A stretch of 19,838 nucleotides of DNA, taken from assembly GCA_038127595.1 (NCBI GenBank), contig JAYPIC010000031.1:1-19838 (forward strand). The letters are read 5' to 3'. The DNA comes from a bacterium. Its GTDB lineage: Bacteria > Fidelibacterota > Marinisomatia > Marinisomatales > UBA1611. Below, in pieces: positions 18,092-19,838 of this stretch (positions within the stretch are counted from its first letter, which is position 1; each line of letters opens with the position of its first letter). The notes under the pieces were generated by a model that was given only the letters and a program-made list of their open reading frames with translations, was not told the DNA's origin and ran no database searches. The translations under genes and the position numbers were made by a program.

Positions 18092-19276
18092 TTATTCAAC
18101 GACCACGGACTGAATCTTATATTCTTGGTTACTAATCTGCTGAAGAAGAGTATTTACTACAGATGGGCCTACTGTTACTCCATTAATCTCGATTTGCCCA
18201 GAAGGCAAATAACCTTCCAATTCTCTACCAGGTCCAAAATAATTGTTAAACTGATCAGGCAATGTTTGCTGAATCATCATCAATAATGGATTTGATACTA
18301 TATTCGATGTCTCTATTGTACCAGCCTGCCCAATCTTGAATGCAAATATTGGAGATAACATATCCTCATTACCAGCAGTTGTTGGTAATGATATTCTTAC
18401 TTGCCAGCAATAAATATTACCAGGATCTAATGGATATGAGCCGCTAAATGGGTATTGATAACTATTAACATTATCTATCAATTCCCATTGATCATTTTGA
18501 TTAGCAGGCAGTACGCGCTGATCTTCAATAGCATCTTCTAGACCGCTGTGCGATGATGGATCAAACTGTGCAACTCTAATAAAAGTTTGAGCTGAGGGAA
18601 TAGGGGGCCCAGAAGACCATTGAAAGATAGGAAAACTTGTATATAATAAATTATCAGTTGTATCAGAAAGTGCTCCTCCGGGGTATTCTAAAGAAATAGG
18701 AGTTTGGGATTGAATTACAAAAGTCTTTGAATCATTAAAAACATTAGAAAGATTATCTTCCTCTAATCCTCCAAAAACAGAAACACTAAATGTATACTGC
18801 CCATCAGAAAGTTTTCCACTGGTTAAAATAGTTTGCATTATTGCCTCTGATAAGGCAGGATCTAATACTTCAATCAGTTGTCCTTTCAACTCTATTTGAT
18901 TACCAGAGTTATCATTTAAAAATGTTATCTCTGATGATAAGTCTCTATTATCTAAATATAAGCCATCTTGAATGAGAAAAGGATCAGTTTCTATTTCTAC
19001 AATTGTAGCATCACTATTTATCCCAAGACCAGGACTTAGTATTGTTGCTCTGAAACGTATTTTTATAAAAACAGGATATGAACTAGCTTCTAAAGAATAA
19101 TTAAAAATTTGAACATTGGTAGCTCCAGTGGCAACATCGAAGCTACTGACATAATATGTGGCATATTCATATATTTCACCTTGAACATTTATATCAACGG
19201 ATTGCCCTGAAACTCGTCCTAAAATTGTGAAGTAAAATATAAATGAAGTTATTAGTCTTTTTATGATCATATTCAT
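18092..19276 (-). CDS. Secreted hypothetical protein with two beta-sandwich domains (TANFOR-like and Fn3/DUF928-like by motif resemblance)
   Basis: 394-aa ORF with a signal-peptide-like N-terminus (..RVSG/Q). Motifs SGKLSDGQYTFSV, ISLEYP..PIFQW and YQYP....LDPGNIYCWQV...SPIFAF. Ends 2 bp before the FecR ATG. Alternative ATG at 19270. Confidence 0.75.
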   Translation of the reverse strand: MNMIIKRLITSFIFYFTILGRVSGQSVDINVQGEIYEYATYYVSSFDVATGATNVQIFNYSLEASSYPVFIKIRFRATILSPGLGINSDATIVEIETDPFLIQDGLYLDNRDLSSEITFLNDNSGNQIELKGQLIEVLDPALSEAIMQTILTSGKLSDGQYTFSVSVFGGLEEDNLSNVFNDSKTFVIQSQTPISLEYPGGALSDTTDNLLYTSFPIFQWSSGPPIPSAQTFIRVAQFDPSSHSGLEDAIEDQRVLPANQNDQWELIDNVNSYQYPFSGSYPLDPGNIYCWQVRISLPTTAGNEDMLSPIFAFKIGQAGTIETSNIVSNPLLMMIQQTLPDQFNNYFGPGRELEGYLPSGQIEINGVTVGPSVVNTLLQQISNQEYKIQSVVVE

Positions 19277-19311
19277 TACTTTTTATATGTAACTGAATTT
19301 AATACATATTC

Positions 19312-19348
19312 AAAAAAAAAACTCTCCTAATTAAAGAAGAGTTTTTTT
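19312..19348 (-). terminator. Rho-independent terminator of the rRNA operon
   Basis: On the - strand: A-tract, ACUCUUCU-UUAAUU-AGGAGAGU stem-loop (one G-U pair, which forms only in this orientation), then a run of about 9 more U. Lies a few nt downstream of the 5S 3' end. Confidence 0.85.
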
Positions 19349-19354
19349 AAAAAT

Positions 19355-19472
19355 TCCCGGCAATTTCCTACTCTCCCACGCTGGTTTCCCGCGCAGTACC
19401 ATCGGCGCAATGGAACTTAACTTCCGAGTTCGAAATGGGATCGGGTGTTGCCTCCACGCTATTATCACCGGA
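19355..19472 (-). rRNA. rrf: 5S ribosomal RNA
   Basis: Reverse complement reads (U)CCGGUGAUAAUAGCGUGGAGGCAACACCCGAUCCCAUUUCGAACUCGGAAGUUAAG...GCCGAUGGUACUGC...GUGGGAGAGUAGGAAAUUGCCGGGA. It has the conserved 5S motifs and paired ends. Boundaries are +/- 2 nt. Confidence 0.97.
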
Positions 19473-19528
19473 AAAAACTTTTGGGAAATTGGAATATTTA
19501 CCAAGTTCAACTGCAAGAAAGAATAATT

Positions 19529-19838
<310 letters not shown>

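Noticed and set aside
11561..18135. Short + strand ORFs (11561, 13531, 13898, 14590, 15049, 16948, 17875) and the out-of-frame - strand ORF 15959..16150
   Set aside because: All lie within or across long, motif-supported genes and have shadow-ORF composition with no independent evidence.

Overview
AT-rich (roughly 30% GC by eye), gene-dense bacterial window, most likely from an FCB-superphylum organism; Marinimicrobia/Marinisomatota-like is an inference, not a database result. Left end: a partial secreted MORN/YwqK-like gene and a small ORF on the - strand. Next is a + strand surface-polysaccharide export/modification cassette (Wzx flippase, SAM methyltransferase, PAPS sulfotransferase, FemAB-like GNAT). 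The rest is one uninterrupted, tightly packed - strand run of 12 genes (about 15 kb) that begins about 35 bp after the terminator of an rRNA operon (23S 3' end and 5S at the right edge). In order: secreted TANFOR/DUF928-like protein, signal-peptide FecR-domain protein, 937-aa outer-membrane beta-barrel, CHASE2 class III adenylate cyclase, PorX-like receiver/PglZ phosphodiesterase, tsaE, tsaB, rimI, accD, surE, guaA and a polysaccharide deacetylase. The best candidate for a poorly described system is the 5-gene block at 10430-19276. It looks like a sigma-factor-free trans-envelope signalling relay that makes a cyclic nucleotide, sitting directly next to an orphan response-regulator phosphodiesterase.
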